NCBI GenBank assembly: GCA_963695555.1
Contig: CAVOGR010000007.1
Location: 192,001 to 256,000, forward strand
DNA from: an uncultured Gemmatimonadales bacterium
GTDB taxonomy: Bacteria; Gemmatimonadota; Gemmatimonadetes; Gemmatimonadales; GWC2-71-9
DNA length: 64,000 nucleotides
Direction of reading: 5' to 3'
In this document: positions 31,470 through 46,259 of the stretch, piece by piece
Layout of the letters: every line of letters starts with the position of its first letter
How positions within the stretch are numbered: position 1 is the stretch's first letter
Made by a program: the position numbers and the translations under genes
Notes under the pieces: generated by a model
Databases searched by the model: none
What the model saw: the letters and a program-made list of their open reading frames with translations, nothing else
Told to the model about the DNA's origin: nothing

Positions 31470-32236
31470 ATGAACGAACTCAATGGAAAGCGCGCCCTGG
31501 TGACCGGCGCCACCAGCGGCATCGGCCGGGCCACGGCCAGGCTCCTGCTGGAGCGCGGGGCGACCGTGGTCGGCACCGCCAGGCGGAAGGAAGCGCTCGA
31601 TCAGGCCGCGACCGACCTCGGCGCAGGGAAACGGTGGATCCCAATCGCAGGAGACTTAACATCGGCCGATTTCCGGACCTCGCTGGTCGGGGCGGCGCAG
31701 AAACAGGCCGGCGGCCTCGACCTCCTGGTCAACGCCGCGGGTATCCTGACCACGGGGACCTGGGAGACGACCAGCCTGGACGACTGGGACCGGATGCTCG
31801 ACATCAATCTCCGGAGCGTGTTCGGCCTCACCCGGCTCGCGATTCCGTTATTGAAGGAAAGCCGAGGCGCGATCGTCAACGTGAGCAGCGTGACCGGAAC
31901 ACGAGCGTTCCCGGGGTGCTGGCCTACTGCGTGAGCAAGGCGGGGGTCGATCAGCTGACCCGTTGCTTGGCACTCGAGCTGGCAGCCGACGGGGTCCGGG
32001 TGAACGCGGTCAATCCGGGGGTGGTGCGCACCAACTCCACCGCGCCGGCGGGATGGACCAAGCGGCCTACGCGGCCTTTCTGGAGCGGAGCAAAACGACC
32101 CACCCGCTGGGACGGGTCGGTCGAGCCGGAGGAAGTCGCGGATCTGATCGCGTTCCTCGGATCGTCGCGTGCCGGTTGGATCACCGGGGAGACCATCGCC
32201 ATCGACGGCGGCCGGGCCCAGACCTGTAACCGCTGA
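31470..32236 (+). CDS. SDR family oxidoreductase (frameshifted)
   Basis: TGATSGIG, LVNAAG, NVSS, YCVSK, NPGVV, ITGETIAIDGG across frames. Confidence 0.85.
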
Positions 32237-32239
32237 GGG

Positions 32240-32794
32240 TTATTCGCCCGACCGCTCGACCTGCTCCAGCACCCCGATGTACGGTAGGGTTCGATATTGT
32301 TCGGCGTAGTCCAGGCCGTAGCCGACCACCCACACATCGGGAATGTCGAAGCCGAGGTAGTCCACCCGGACATCGCGCTCGGCGCGGCTCAGCTTCCGCA
32401 CCAGCACACAGGTGCGGATGGAGGAGGGATTCCGCGCTTGTAACAGGTCGATCAGGTAATGAAGGGTGTTGCCGGAATCGACGATGTCTTCGACGATCAG
32501 CACGTGCTTCCCCTCCACCCGATGGCGCAGGTCCATTTCGAGCCGCACCTCCCCCGACACGCTGCCCTGCTCGTAGCTCGACAGCCCGATGAACTCGATC
32601 CGCCGCGGGATGGTCAGGCGGCGGGACAAGTCGGCAAGCAGAACGAACGCCCCCTTGAGCACGCCGACCAGCACCACTTCGCCCTTGGCGCGGTAGTCCC
32701 GCGAGATCTGGGAGGCCAGGTCGATCACCCGCTCCCGAATGGTTTCCTCGGTGATCAGGACGGTCGGTTCTGGTGACTCGGCGTGGCTTGGCAT
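32240..32794 (-). CDS. hpt: Hypoxanthine phosphoribosyltransferase
   Basis: GVLKGA, VLIVEDIVDSGNTL, WVVGYGLDY. Confidence 0.95.
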   Translation of the reverse strand: MPSHAESPEPTVLITEETIRERVIDLASQISRDYRAKGEVVLVGVLKGAFVLLADLSRRLTIPRRIEFIGLSSYEQGSVSGEVRLEMDLRHRVEGKHVLIVEDIVDSGNTLHYLIDLLQARNPSSIRTCVLVRKLSRAERDVRVDYLGFDIPDVWVVGYGLDYAEQYRTLPYIGVLEQVERSGE

Positions 32795-32886
32795 AGACGA
32801 TAAGTTGGCGCCCACTCGGGAAAATGCAATCTCGGCCCATCCCGCCCGCATGACGCGGCGGCTCGATCGCCGTAGATTGTGGCCTC

Positions 32887-33834
32887 ATGCCGACCACCGA
32901 TTCCGCACACACCGCACGGCGCCGCATCCTGACCGGGCATCTGTCCCTGGGCGCGGCGCAGGTGGGCTTCGGGCTCTTTCCAGTGTTCGGGACCATCGTG
33001 TTCGGACCAGGCGGCGTGTCGCCGCTCGGGGTCGGCACCTGGCGAATCGGGGCAGGCGGCGTCATCCTGGGCGCCCTCGCCTTCCTGCTCCACGGCAGGG
33101 CCGCCCTGCCCGAGCGGCGCGACCTGGCTCGGCTCTTCTGGTGCGCTCTCCTGGGCGTGGTGATCAACCAGGGGATGTTCCTGGTCGGGCTGTCCCGCTC
33201 GACCCCCATGAATGCCGGCCTGGTGATGTCGATGATTCCGGTGTTCACCTTCGCCATCGCCGCGGCCGTGGGTCAGGAACGCTTCAGCGCTCTACGTGCC
33301 GCCGGAGTGATGATTGCGCTCGTGGGCATGGCGCCGCTCCTATTCGGGGACGGCGGCGGGGCCCGGATTCTGGCACACTATGGCCCGGGCAACCTGCTCA
33401 TGGTCGGCAACGCGCTGTCCTATTCCATCTATCTCGTCATCGCGAAGCCGCTGACCGAGCGGTATCCGGCGCTGGTGATCCTGGCCTGGAACTACGTCCT
33501 GTCGTTCGTGGCGCTGCCCTTCTTTGCCTCCGGGGCCAAACTCCTCCCCGATCCCGGCGCGACGAGTGCCTGGTGGTCCCTGGCCTTCATCATCGCGTTC
33601 CCGACCGTCATCAGCTACCTCCTGGCCATGATAGGGTTGGCGCGGGTCCGGGCCTCGACCACCGCGATTTACGTGTACAGCCAGCCGCTCATCGCGGGCA
33701 TTGCCAGCTGGTTGGTGTTCGGCGAGGAGCCGACGACCGCCATGTTGATTGCGGCCGTGGCATTGTTCATCGGTATCTGGCTGGTGGCGCGGAGACCTCC
33801 CCCGCCTAAGCTTCCCGTCGTCGAGGAAGCCTGA
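32887..33834 (+). CDS. DMT/EamA family transporter
   Basis: About 10 hydrophobic helices in two EamA repeats; GQER, YSQPLIA, FGE. Confidence 0.88.
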   Translation: MPTTDSAHTARRRILTGHLSLGAAQVGFGLFPVFGTIVFGPGGVSPLGVGTWRIGAGGVILGALAFLLHGRAALPERRDLARLFWCALLGVVINQGMFLVGLSRSTPMNAGLVMSMIPVFTFAIAAAVGQERFSALRAAGVMIALVGMAPLLFGDGGGARILAHYGPGNLLMVGNALSYSIYLVIAKPLTERYPALVILAWNYVLSFVALPFFASGAKLLPDPGATSAWWSLAFIIAFPTVISYLLAMIGLARVRASTTAIYVYSQPLIAGIASWLVFGEEPTTAMLIAAVALFIGIWLVARRPPPPKLPVVEEA

Positions 33835-33836
33835 CC

Positions 33837-34638
33837 CTATTCCTCGATGGTCCCGTCGACCACGCGGACGCGATGTTGCTTGCCCGCGCTCACCGCCACG
33901 AACGAATAGCCACGGTCGGTCCGCTGGTAGCCCTCGATGGCGGACAATGTGCGAAGGATCGAGCGACTGCCGATGGGATCCCAGTTCTCCACATCGGATA
34001 GCGAGAGCTGCGACGGGTAGGCGCCCTCTTCCGCGTTCATCGTCTCCAGGTAGATCACGAGATGCCGCGTAGCCGCCCGGGTCTGGGCCCGCTCTGCCTG
34101 GGAGTGCGCGGCACCGACGTACACCGGCCCCGTCGAGTATCGTCTCCACCTGCTCCCTCTGTGCCCGGGTCAGGTCCCGCTCGAGCAGGGGGCGCACCAC
34201 CTCACTGCCCTCCTCCCATCGCTGGCGCACCATGAGCCATTGCGCCTGGCCGAGGTAGAAGTCGAACGCGAGATGCTCCTTCGCGCTCTCGCCGGCGGAT
34301 GTTTCCGGCAAGTGGGTCGCGAGATCTTGGAGCATGCCCTCGGCGCGATCGAAGTCGCCCTCGCGGGCGATCTCACGGGCCTCGTGGTAGCGGCCGTCGG
34401 CGAGTGAACGGAGGCGGGCGATTTCCGCTTCGACCTCGGTGACGATCTCATACCTGCTGTTGGCGGCCATGAACGTGGTGAGCCGAGCGACGGATACGCC
34501 CGGGAGCTGTTCATCCACCGTGGCGAGCAGGGACCGGAACTCCGCATCGACCTCGGCCGGGGTGGGTTGGGGTTTCGAGCAGCCAAGCGCGACGGGCGAC
34601 AGGACGAGGGCAACCAGGGCAAAGCTGCGAAGGCGCAT
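33837..34638 (-). CDS. Hypothetical lipoprotein, TPR-like with pilin-like C-terminus (frameshift near 34125)
   Basis: MRLRSFALVALVLSPVALGC lipobox; C-terminal part in ORF 33837..34124. Confidence 0.55.
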
Positions 34639-34700
34639 CGCGAGTCTCCTTGAGAGGGCCGAACTAAATGGCCGAGGCTGCAAATTCTGCGCCTTATCCC

Positions 34701-35528
34701 TCATTCCCCGATCACCACGCCCGCGATCCGCACCGGCCCACCGCTGCCCCCGGCAATCTTCATGGGGAGGGCCACGATGTATGCCCCGGTCAGTGGCATC
34801 CGGTCGAGCGCGGCCACGTTTTCCAGGGCCGGGATGTTCTCGGCGTAGAGGATTCGATGACTCTCGAACAGGGTCGATTGGCCGTAGTCGATGCTCGGTG
34901 TATCGATCCCGAGCGCGTCGATGTTTCGATTCTGTACCAACCACCGGGCCGCATCCGGATGGAGCCCCGGGAAGTGCAGCTCCGGAACCGCTTCCGGGCC
35001 GGTGAGAGTGGTGCCCAGGTACCGCGCCCGGTCGGGCCAGCGCGATCCCCATCCGCTCCGTAGCAGGAGCACCGCACCGTCCGGTATCGCACCGTGCGCT
35101 TCCTCCCAAGCCTCGAGATCGGCCACGCTCACCTGATAGTCGGGATCCGAGGCGGCGCCAGCGCTTACGTCCACCACGACCGCGGCCCCGATCAATCGGT
35201 CGATCGGTATCTGATCGTTGGTGTGCCGCCCCTCCGAAAAGTGGACCGGCGCGTCGAGATGGGTTCCGCCATGCTCCGCCATGCAGAAGTTGTTGGCAGC
35301 GTAGTAGTAGCCACCCTCGGTCATTCCCGCCGCGACGACTTCCAGCTTGAATGGTTCCGCGGTCGGCCAAAACACCGTACGGTCATCATAGGCGTAGCTC
35401 AGATCCACCCACGTGACCCCGTCACTCGCGAACAGCTGAGCCAGCGTCTCAGCCGTGCTCGCCGGAGCCGGCCGGCATCCGAGTGTCACTAGTACCGCGC
35501 TCAAGGAGAAGAGGGTCACGCGTTGCAT
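34701..35528 (-). CDS. Cyclase family protein (kynurenine formamidase-like), lipoprotein
   Basis: HGGTHLDAPVHF, FPG, GIDTPSID, LENV, GSGGPVR. Confidence 0.9.
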   Translation of the reverse strand: MQRVTLFSLSAVLVTLGCRPAPASTAETLAQLFASDGVTWVDLSYAYDDRTVFWPTAEPFKLEVVAAGMTEGGYYYAANNFCMAEHGGTHLDAPVHFSEGRHTNDQIPIDRLIGAAVVVDVSAGAASDPDYQVSVADLEAWEEAHGAIPDGAVLLLRSGWGSRWPDRARYLGTTLTGPEAVPELHFPGLHPDAARWLVQNRNIDALGIDTPSIDYGQSTLFESHRILYAENIPALENVAALDRMPLTGAYIVALPMKIAGGSGGPVRIAGVVIGE

Positions 35529-35549
35529 GACGGAGCTCCGGATTAGGCG

Positions 35550-36071
35550 TTACTCGTCAGTTCCGGCGAGTACCGTGATCTGGTCGCGACGCACTTGAAG
35601 CATAACCGGAGTGCCGAAGGCCGCGCCGGGAATGAATCCCGCGACGATTTCCACCGTCGAGGGATCGTGCTGGTGCTCCGGCTTCGTCTCGGGATGAGGG
35701 TAGTAGACGTACCCGCGATAGGTCTTGTCGTCGAGGGTCACGCGGCAGGGCGCAAAGGAAAAATCCTCCGCCGGCGCCTGGCCTGTCCACTTGACCTGCC
35801 GGAAGGTGTGTTCGGGATAGCGGAGCGCGAACGAGAATGGAGCGATGGAGACGTTGAGGGTCGCGGGGTAGAAGCTCGAGAAATCGAGCCCGAGTTCTTG
35901 GAAGAAGGGCAGTTGGGTGGTGATGGTGCCTTCCGGGTATGGGCTATCCTCGCTCATTCCCGACGCGACGCCGTAGCCCTCGACCACCACGCCCGGGATG
36001 GTGACCCACTCACCGTTCTCGGTAGCCATGTCCTCTCCTGGCTCTCCCTCATCCTCAGTGGCCATTCCCAA
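35550..36071 (-). CDS. Hypothetical protein, possible CTP-dependent riboflavin-kinase-like fold
   Basis: GVVVEGYGVAS, YPATLNV, VEIVA motifs. Confidence 0.5.
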   Translation of the reverse strand: MGMATEDEGEPGEDMATENGEWVTIPGVVVEGYGVASGMSEDSPYPEGTITTQLPFFQELGLDFSSFYPATLNVSIAPFSFALRYPEHTFRQVKWTGQAPAEDFSFAPCRVTLDDKTYRGYVYYPHPETKPEHQHDPSTVEIVAGFIPGAAFGTPVMLQVRRDQITVLAGTDE

Positions 36072-36315
36072 ACTCCCGGCAGGATCCCGATCGCGTGTGT
36101 GAACAGCGAGATGCGCGTGGAGCGCGCCTAGGCTGACTCAATGCGGCCTGCTACCAAAGATGTCCGCGTCAACCGCCGAAAGGGAGGTCCAACGCGGATC
36201 TGATTGCAGGCCGAACCTGCCTCACTTTGCCCAATCCCCGGGTCGCGTCCTATCTTCAGTGTTACTGGGGGCCGACCCTCAGTCCGCCCCAGAGTAACCC
36301 CAACGCAGGGCGCTC

Positions 36316-38975
<2,660 letters not shown>

Positions 38976-38979
<4 letters not shown>

Positions 38980-41111
38980 GCACGCTCGTTCCCATTCCGC
39001 TCGCGGACCTGGTCCGGCGCATGCGGCGCGAGGCCCAGGCGAGCCAGGCCGTCTTCGACCTGCCGGCCCGCAAGTGGTTCATTCCCGACGGCGACTTCGA
39101 TTTCAGCGCCATCCACTTCTCGCGCCGGGCCGCAACGCCGGTCGGGCCCGCAGCCGGCCCGCACACGCAGCTGGCCCAAAACATCGTGCTCGCCTGGCTC
39201 GCGGGCAGCAGGATCATCGAGCTCAAGACGGTGCAGGTCAACGACCGGCTGGAGATCCCGCGGCCGTGCATCCACGTTCCGAATATCGGGTACAACGTGG
39301 AGTGGTCGCAGGAACTCAGGGTCGAGGAGTCTACCAAGGAATACGCCAAGGCGGTGTTTCTGATCGAGATCCTCAAGGCGACGCGGGCCTTCAGTCTGTT
39401 CCCGGACACCCCCGCAACCTATGCCGCGTTGGATACGGTCTACGACATCAGCGTGGGGTACGACCTCGAAGGCATCCAATCGGACAAAGTGAACAGGTTC
39501 CTCCAGGCGTTGAAGCAGCCCGCGGCGCTGTTCGACGAGCTGCGTGGCGAGCTGGCACGTGAATTCCCGGAGTACCGGGATCTCCCGCTGCCGGAATCGA
39601 TTTCGGATTGCGTCACGCTCTCCACCTTCCATGGCTGCCCGGCCGACCAGATCGAGGCCATCGGCCGGTATTTGCTCGAGGAGTGCGGGCTCCACACTAT
39701 CATTAAGCTGAACCCGACGCTGCTGGGGTACGAGCGCGTGCACGAACTCCTGATCGAGCGGCTGGGTTACCGGCACCTCGAGCTCCGCCCGGACGCGTTC
39801 GATCACGATCTCCAGTATGACGACGGCCTGGCCATCCTCCGCAACCTACGCGCCGTGGCAGCACGCCTCGGCTCGACCATCGGCGCCAAGTTTACCAACA
39901 CGATGGTCGTGGCCAACAAGGCCGACGTGTTTCCGACCCAGGCCGATCCTTATATGTACGTGTCGGGCCCGCCGCTCCACGTGATCGCGATGACGCTGAT
40001 GCAGCGCTTCCGTGAAGACCTGGGCTTTGAGTTCCCGGTCTCGTTCTCCGCCGGCGTCGACGCCAAGAATTTTCCGGCCGCGGTGGCGTGCGGTATGGTG
40101 CCCGTTACCACCTGCACCGATCTGCTGCGCCAAGGGGGCTACGGCCGGTTACCGGCGTACCTCCGCGCCCTGGGCAGAGAGATGCAACGGGTCGGCGTGA
40201 CCTCGCGCGAAGCCTTCGTGCTGGCCGCCCGAGGGCGGGGAGCGGAGGCCGCCAAGGCAGCGCTCAAACTGGTGAGCGTCGATGCCGGGTTGTGGCACCG
40301 CGAAGGGACCGGCCTCACCAAGACCGCCGAGGAACATCCGGACGACCTGCCACGAGCGCTCCGGGCGCTGGCGCCCGCGCAAGGACTCGTTCCCGACGAC
40401 TTGGTACTCCTCGCCACCCGCCTCGCGGGCCGGCTGAACGGGAATGACATCGTCCCGCTCCTCCCCAGCGACACGCGCTATCACGCGGACGCCAACGCCA
40501 AGCCGCCGCGTACGATCGACAGCACACTCGACCTCTACGATTGCATCAACTGCGACCTCTGCATCGCCGCCTGCCCCAATGACGCCATCTTCGCCTACGA
40601 GTCCACACCAGTCGCGACCGACACCGTGCGTCTCGAGACGGACGGCGCAGGAGGGATCCGGCGCCTGGCGGGCCGCGGATTCACCATCAACGAGGCTCAC
40701 CAGCTCGCGGTGATCGAGGGGGCGTGCAACGAGTGCTCCAACTGCGAAGTGTACTGCCCCGAGGTCGGCGCCCCGTTCGTGGTGAAAGAGCGGCTGTTCC
40801 TGACCCACGGCGATTTCGACCGGGCGCACCATCTCGACGGATTCGTTCGCGAAGGGAATGTTCTCCTGGCGCGCCTGGACGGACGGAACCTGAGGCTCCG
40901 GCAGGACCATGCGGCGAATCGCGCAATAGTGACCGGAGAAGGAATCGACCTCCAGCTCAGCCTGGATCCATTCGAGGTAACCGGCGGAATGGTGTCGGAT
41001 GACGGAGCAATCGATACGGCGGTCCTCTGGAGGATGAAGACGGTGTGGGACTCGATCTTCTGCGCCGCCGCCCCAAACATGCTCAACTCGATGCACCACA
41101 CCGATGAGTGA
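38976..41111 (+). CDS. YgfK-like Fe-S oxidoreductase (N-terminal domain + ferredoxins, no FAD-binding part seen)
   Basis: TPVGPAAGPHTQLAQNI, ELKTVQ, YNVEWSQEL, LSTFHGCP, KLNPTLLG, CINCDLCIAACPN, CNECSNC; first ATG 39021, frame open from ATA 38976. Confidence 0.8.
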
Positions 41112-42481
41112 TACCATCCTGCTCGGCAACGGGGTGGTGGCGACCCCATGCATTTCCGATGAGTCTGCTGAACCACGTATCGTTCCTAACGGCGCGGTCG
41201 TCTGGCGCGGCGATCGGATCCTCGGTGTCGGGCCGGAAGCGAATCTCCGGCGAGAATTTCCCGACGCCGGGTTCATGGACGCCCACGGCGGCCTGATCAT
41301 CCCGGGGCTGATCAACCTGCATCATCACTTCTACTCGGCGCTGGCGCGTGGGCTCGATCCCAACACGCCAATGAAAGATTTCGGCGAGGTGCTGGACCGG
41401 CTGTGGTGGCGGCTCGATCGCGCACTCGACCTGGAAGCGGTGCGGATCTCCGCCCAACTGTCGGCGGCGGATTGCATCCGCTCGGGCTGCACGACGGTGT
41501 TCGACCACCACGCATCGCCGCAACGCCATCGCCGGCAGCCTGGATACGATCGCCGACGCGATGGAAGACGCCGGCCTGTCGGCGGCACTGTGTACGAAGT
41601 CACCGACCGAAACGGGCACGACCAGGCGGTGGCCGGCCTCGACGAGAACCTCCGCTTCGTGCGCCAGCGCCAGCGTCCCGGATTCGCGGTCTCCTGGGGC
41701 TCCACGCGAGCTTCACCCTGCGGGACGAGACCATGAAGCTCGCGGCCGAACGCCGCCAGGACGGCATGGGCTGCCACATCCACGTGGCCGAGGACCCGAT
41801 CGACGTTACCGCGCTCGGAGGAGGCCTTCGGCAGGCGGCCGGTCGAACGGCTGGAGCAGTTCGGGTTGCTCGACTCGCGCTGTCTCATGGCGCACGGCAT
41901 TCACCTGGCCGCCGACGATTACCGCACCATCGCGGCGCACGACGCGGTGATGATCCACAATCCCGAGTCGAACGCCAACAACGGCGTCGGTCGACTTGAA
42001 CGTGGTGGACACTACCGGCTCACGGCTGCCTGGTGGGGCTCGGCACCGACGGGATGTCGTCCGCCGTGCTGCGCGCGCTCCGCTTCGCGTTCCTCACCCA
42101 TCGCGGCCTCCAGCGCGACCCGCTCGAGCGGGTTCCCGGCGCTACCCGACCTGCTCTCGAACAACGCGCGCGTCGCCCGGCGCTTCTTCGACGAGCCCAT
42201 GCTCGGCGAGTTAGCCACCGACGCGCCGGCGGACATCGCGGTGCTCGACGCGCCGCCGCCCACTGCCGATCGAAGCGGGCAACGTGTTCGCCCATCTGGT
42301 CTACGGCGCGAGCGAGGCGCCGGTGCGGCATACCATCGCCCGCGGGCATGTGCTGCTTCAGGACTTCCACCATACCGCCGTCGACACCGAACGCCTGGCC
42401 GCCCGGGCCCGCGAGGCGTCCCCCGCCCTCTGGGACCGGTTTCACGCCTTGCCATGGGGCACTAGCTTTCTCGGCACTTGA
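41104..42481 (+). CDS. ssnA: SsnA-like amidohydrolase (frameshifted)
   Basis: PGLINLHHHFYSALARG, LWWRLDRAL, DHHASP, GLHASFTL, HIHVAE, HNPESNANN, GLGTDG across frames. Confidence 0.82.
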
Positions 42482-42513
42482 TTCCCAGCCACCGGGCCAG
42501 ACGGGTATACCGC

Positions 42514-43985
42514 ATGCCGGCACCAGAGAAGACGACCAAGAGCGAGAAGCGCCGCCGCGCGGTAGCGACATGTCGCGAGCGCGGCATCTTGATCCCGACG
42601 TTCGCCCAGATGCGCGATCCCGATAGCATCGACCCGGTCATCACGGCCAAGCTCTCGCGGCATCGACATGCAGGCGGTGCGATCCGCTCAACCTGTTCCG
42701 CATCACCTGGCACAACGATCCCGAGACCGGCGGCTTCGGGTCGGTCAACGCGCTCGAGCTTCCGCCCGTCGCTGACCGGCGTGCCGGCGCGGATCGTGGG
42801 GCTGGTGGGCGAGCACTTCCCCACCGGCGCCCACAAGGTGGGCGCGGCCTTCGGTTGCCTGGTGCCGCGGCTCGTTTCCGGCGAGTTCGACCCCACCACC
42901 CAACGCGCGGTCTGGCCGTCGACCGGCAACTACTGCCGCGGCGGCGCGTTCGACAGCGCGCTGCTCGGCTGCCATGCGGTGGCCATCCTGCCCGAGGAGA
43001 TGAGCCGGGAGCGGTTCGAATGGCTGGAACAGATCGGCGCCGAGGTCATCGCGACGCCCGGCTGCGAGAGCAACGTCAAGGAGATCTTCGACGCCTGCTG
43101 GGAGATCCGCCGGACCAGCCCCGAGGCGGTGATCTTCAACCAGTTCGACGAGTTCGGGAACTACCTGTGGCATTACGGCGTGACTGGGCCGGCCGCGGAG
43201 GAGGCGTTCCGGCGCCGAAGCGGCCCGGCGACCAGTTCGCCGCATGGGTCGGCGCCACCGGCTCGGCCGGCACACTGGCGACCGGAGACTATCTGAAGCG
43301 CGCACTTCCCGGGTTGCGCCATCACCGCCGCCGAGGCGCTCCAGTGCCCGACCCTGCTACGCAGGCGGGCTTCGGCGGACACCGCATCGAGGGCATCGGT
43401 GACAAGCACGTGCCGTGGATCCACAACGTGCGGAACACCGACCTGGTCACGGCCATCGACGACGAGGCCACCATGCGCCTCATGCGGCTGTTCAACGAGC
43501 CGGCGGGCCACGCGGTGCTGGCGCGCTACGGCGTGCCCGATGCCACCATCGCCGCAGCTTCCGCTCCTCGGCATCTCGAGCATCTGCAACCTGCTCGCCG
43601 CCATCAAGACGGCGCAAGTACTACGAGTTCGACGACGCACGACATGCTGTTCACGTCGTTCACCGATTCGGTGGATCTCTACCGGACCCGCCTGGTCGAG
43701 CTGCAGCGAACAGCACGGGCCGTACACCGAGCTGGCCGCGGCCGATCGACTTCGAGCGCTACCTGCTGGGCACCGCGACGGACCATTTGCGGGAGCTGCG
43801 GTACACCGACCGGAAGGCGATCCACAACTTGAAGTACTTCACCTGGGTCGAGCAGCAGGGCAAGACCGCAGAGGAGCTCGACGCGGTTGTGGAGCCCGGC
43901 GTTCTGGCAGGAACTTGCCGGGCAGCTGCCGGGGCTGGACGAGCAGATCAGGGCGTTCAACAGCGACACCGGACTGGGCAGCTAG
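42514..43985 (+). CDS. PLP-dependent enzyme, fold type II (frameshifted)
   Basis: FPTGAHKVGA, WPSTGNYCRGG, NQFDEFGN, GSAGT, HRIEGIGDKH, LKYFTWVEQQG across frames. Confidence 0.8.
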
Positions 43986-44023
43986 CCGGCCCGGTCGAGA
44001 CAATGAGACGGAGACACGAGAGC

Positions 44024-45269
44024 ATGACTCAGGCGAGTAAGCAGGCTCTGGCCGATGCCGGCCGGTACGAGGCCGACATCGTCGCGTTTCTTGCGGGAGA
44101 TGATCGCCATTCCCGCCGAGAGCCTGAAGGAAGGCGAGCGGTGCGAGCGGGTGCGGACGGAGTATCAGAAGCTGGGCTTCGACGAGGTCTTCTTCGATAC
44201 CCTGGGGAACGTCATCGCCAAGGTCGGCGATGGCCCGCTCACCATACTGATGGACGGCCATATCGATTGCGTGGGCGTGGGCGACCGCGGCGCCTGGGAG
44301 TTCGACCCGTTCGAGGGCAAGCTCGAGGACGGCAAGGTGTGGGGCCGCGGCGCGGTGGACGAGCTGCCGGCCGTGGCCTGCATGGCTTATGCCGCCAAGC
44401 TGATCATGGAACGCGGCCTGCCCAAGGACGTGACGCTCTATTTGTCGGCCACGATCATGGAAGAGGACTGCGACGGCTACTGCCTGTTGCACATGATCGA
44501 AAAGGAGAACATCCAGCCCGACGTGGTGATCATCGGCGAGCCCACAGATTTGAACGTGTATCGCGGGCATAGGGGCCGAGTCGAGATCATGATCCGCACC
44601 AAGGGCGTGTCGGCCCATGCGGCGCATAGCGAGCGCGGGGTGAACGCGCTCTACAAGGCGGCGCGCATCATGCTCGACATCGAGGCGCTGAACCAGCGGC
44701 TCCCGGTGGACGACTTCCTGGGCAAGGGATCGATTGTGGTGTCATCGGTCGAGTGCACTACCGCGTCGCTCAATGCCGTACCGGACAGTGCCACGATCTA
44801 TGTCGACCGCCGCATGACCGCAGGCGAGACGGTCGACGGCGTGCTGGCCGAACTCCGGGCGCTGCCGCAGTTGGGCGACGCCACGGTTGAGGTAATGAAT
44901 TACGATGTGACCAGCTGGCTCGGCGAGCGGGCCCATCAGGAGAAATTCTACCCCACCTGGGTCATGCCCGAGGATCATCCGTTGATCCAGGGTGTGGCGC
45001 ACGCGGTCGAGGCGGTACTCGGTACTCGGCCCAAGATTTCCCGCTGGGGGTTCTCCACCAACGGCGTCGCCAGCATGGGCCGGCACGGCATTCCGACCGT
45101 GGGGTTCGCGCCGGGGCTGGAGGAGCTGGCACACACGACCAAGGAATGGGTGTCGGTGGAAGATCTGGTGAAGGCCACCGCTGTGTACAGCGTCATTCCG
45201 CAATTATTGGCCGAACGCAAGGATCAACTCTTGGCGGCCCCTCAAGGGTCGGAGAAGGTTGGCAGCTAG
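44024..45269 (+). CDS. ygeY: YgeY family M20 metallohydrolase (one frameshift near 44090)
   Basis: DGHIDCVG, GRGAVDE, EEDCDG, RGHRGR, FSTNG. Confidence 0.85.
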
Positions 45270-45272
45270 CCA

Positions 45273-46247
45273 ATGGACAAGAAACTCAAGGGCCGCGACT
45301 TCATCAGTACCCAGGACTGGACCCAGGAGGAGCTCGAGGCCCTGTTCGCGCTGGCGGCGGAGCTCAAGGCGGCGAAGCGCGCAGGGAAGCCCACGCCGAT
45401 GCTCGCGGCCAAGACGCTGTACATGATCTTCTTCGACGCGTCGACCCGCACCCGGAATTCCTTCGAGACCGGCATGACCCAGCTGGGCGGGCATGCCATT
45501 TACCTCTCACCCGACAGGATGCAGATCAGCCACGGCGAGAACGCGCGCGACACGGCCAACGTCCTGTCGCGCTACGGCGACGGCATTGCCATCCGCCACT
45601 GCGCCTACGGCGAGGGCAACAAGTATCTGAACGACGTGGCCAAGCACGCCAGCATCCCGCTGCTCAACATGCAGTGCGACATCTACCATCCGTGCCAGAT
45701 TCTGGCCGACTACCTGACCATCCGGGAGAAGTTCGGCGACACCAAGGGGCTCAAACTCGGCGTGTCGTGGACCAGTGCTCCGAACTACGTGCGGCCGCTC
45801 TCGGTGCCGCAGAGCCTGATCCTGATGATGCCTCGGTTCGGGATCGACGTGACCCTGGCCTACCCGCCCGAGTTCAAGCTCATGCCGCACATCGAGGCGC
45901 AGGCTAAGGCCAACGCCAAGGCGGCGGGGACCAAGTTCGAGATCACTCATGAGTTCGAGGATGCGTTCCGCGACGCCGACGCGGTGGTCCCCAAGTCGTG
46001 GGGCCCGCTGGTCACCACCGAGGACACGAAGCAGGGCTTGGCCCTGATCGAGAAGTACCCCACCTGGCGCACCGGCATGGATCACATGCGGCTCGGCAAG
46101 AAGCACCTGATTTACATGCATCCCCTCCCGGCCGACCGTGGGCGCGAGGTGACCGACGAGGTGATCGACGGGCCGCAGTCGGTGGTGTACGACGAGGCTG
46201 AGAACCGGCTCCATGTGCAGAAGGCGCTCATGGCGCTGACCATGTAG
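45273..46247 (+). CDS. Carbamoyltransferase, YgeW/knotted OTC-like
   Basis: STRTRNSF, HPCQ, MHPLPAD, EAENR; SWTSAPNYVRPLSVPQ segment resembling YgeW-type enzymes. Confidence 0.85.
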   Translation: MDKKLKGRDFISTQDWTQEELEALFALAAELKAAKRAGKPTPMLAAKTLYMIFFDASTRTRNSFETGMTQLGGHAIYLSPDRMQISHGENARDTANVLSRYGDGIAIRHCAYGEGNKYLNDVAKHASIPLLNMQCDIYHPCQILADYLTIREKFGDTKGLKLGVSWTSAPNYVRPLSVPQSLILMMPRFGIDVTLAYPPEFKLMPHIEAQAKANAKAAGTKFEITHEFEDAFRDADAVVPKSWGPLVTTEDTKQGLALIEKYPTWRTGMDHMRLGKKHLIYMHPLPADRGREVTDEVIDGPQSVVYDEAENRLHVQKALMALTM

Positions 46248-46259
46248 CGTGGTGACGTC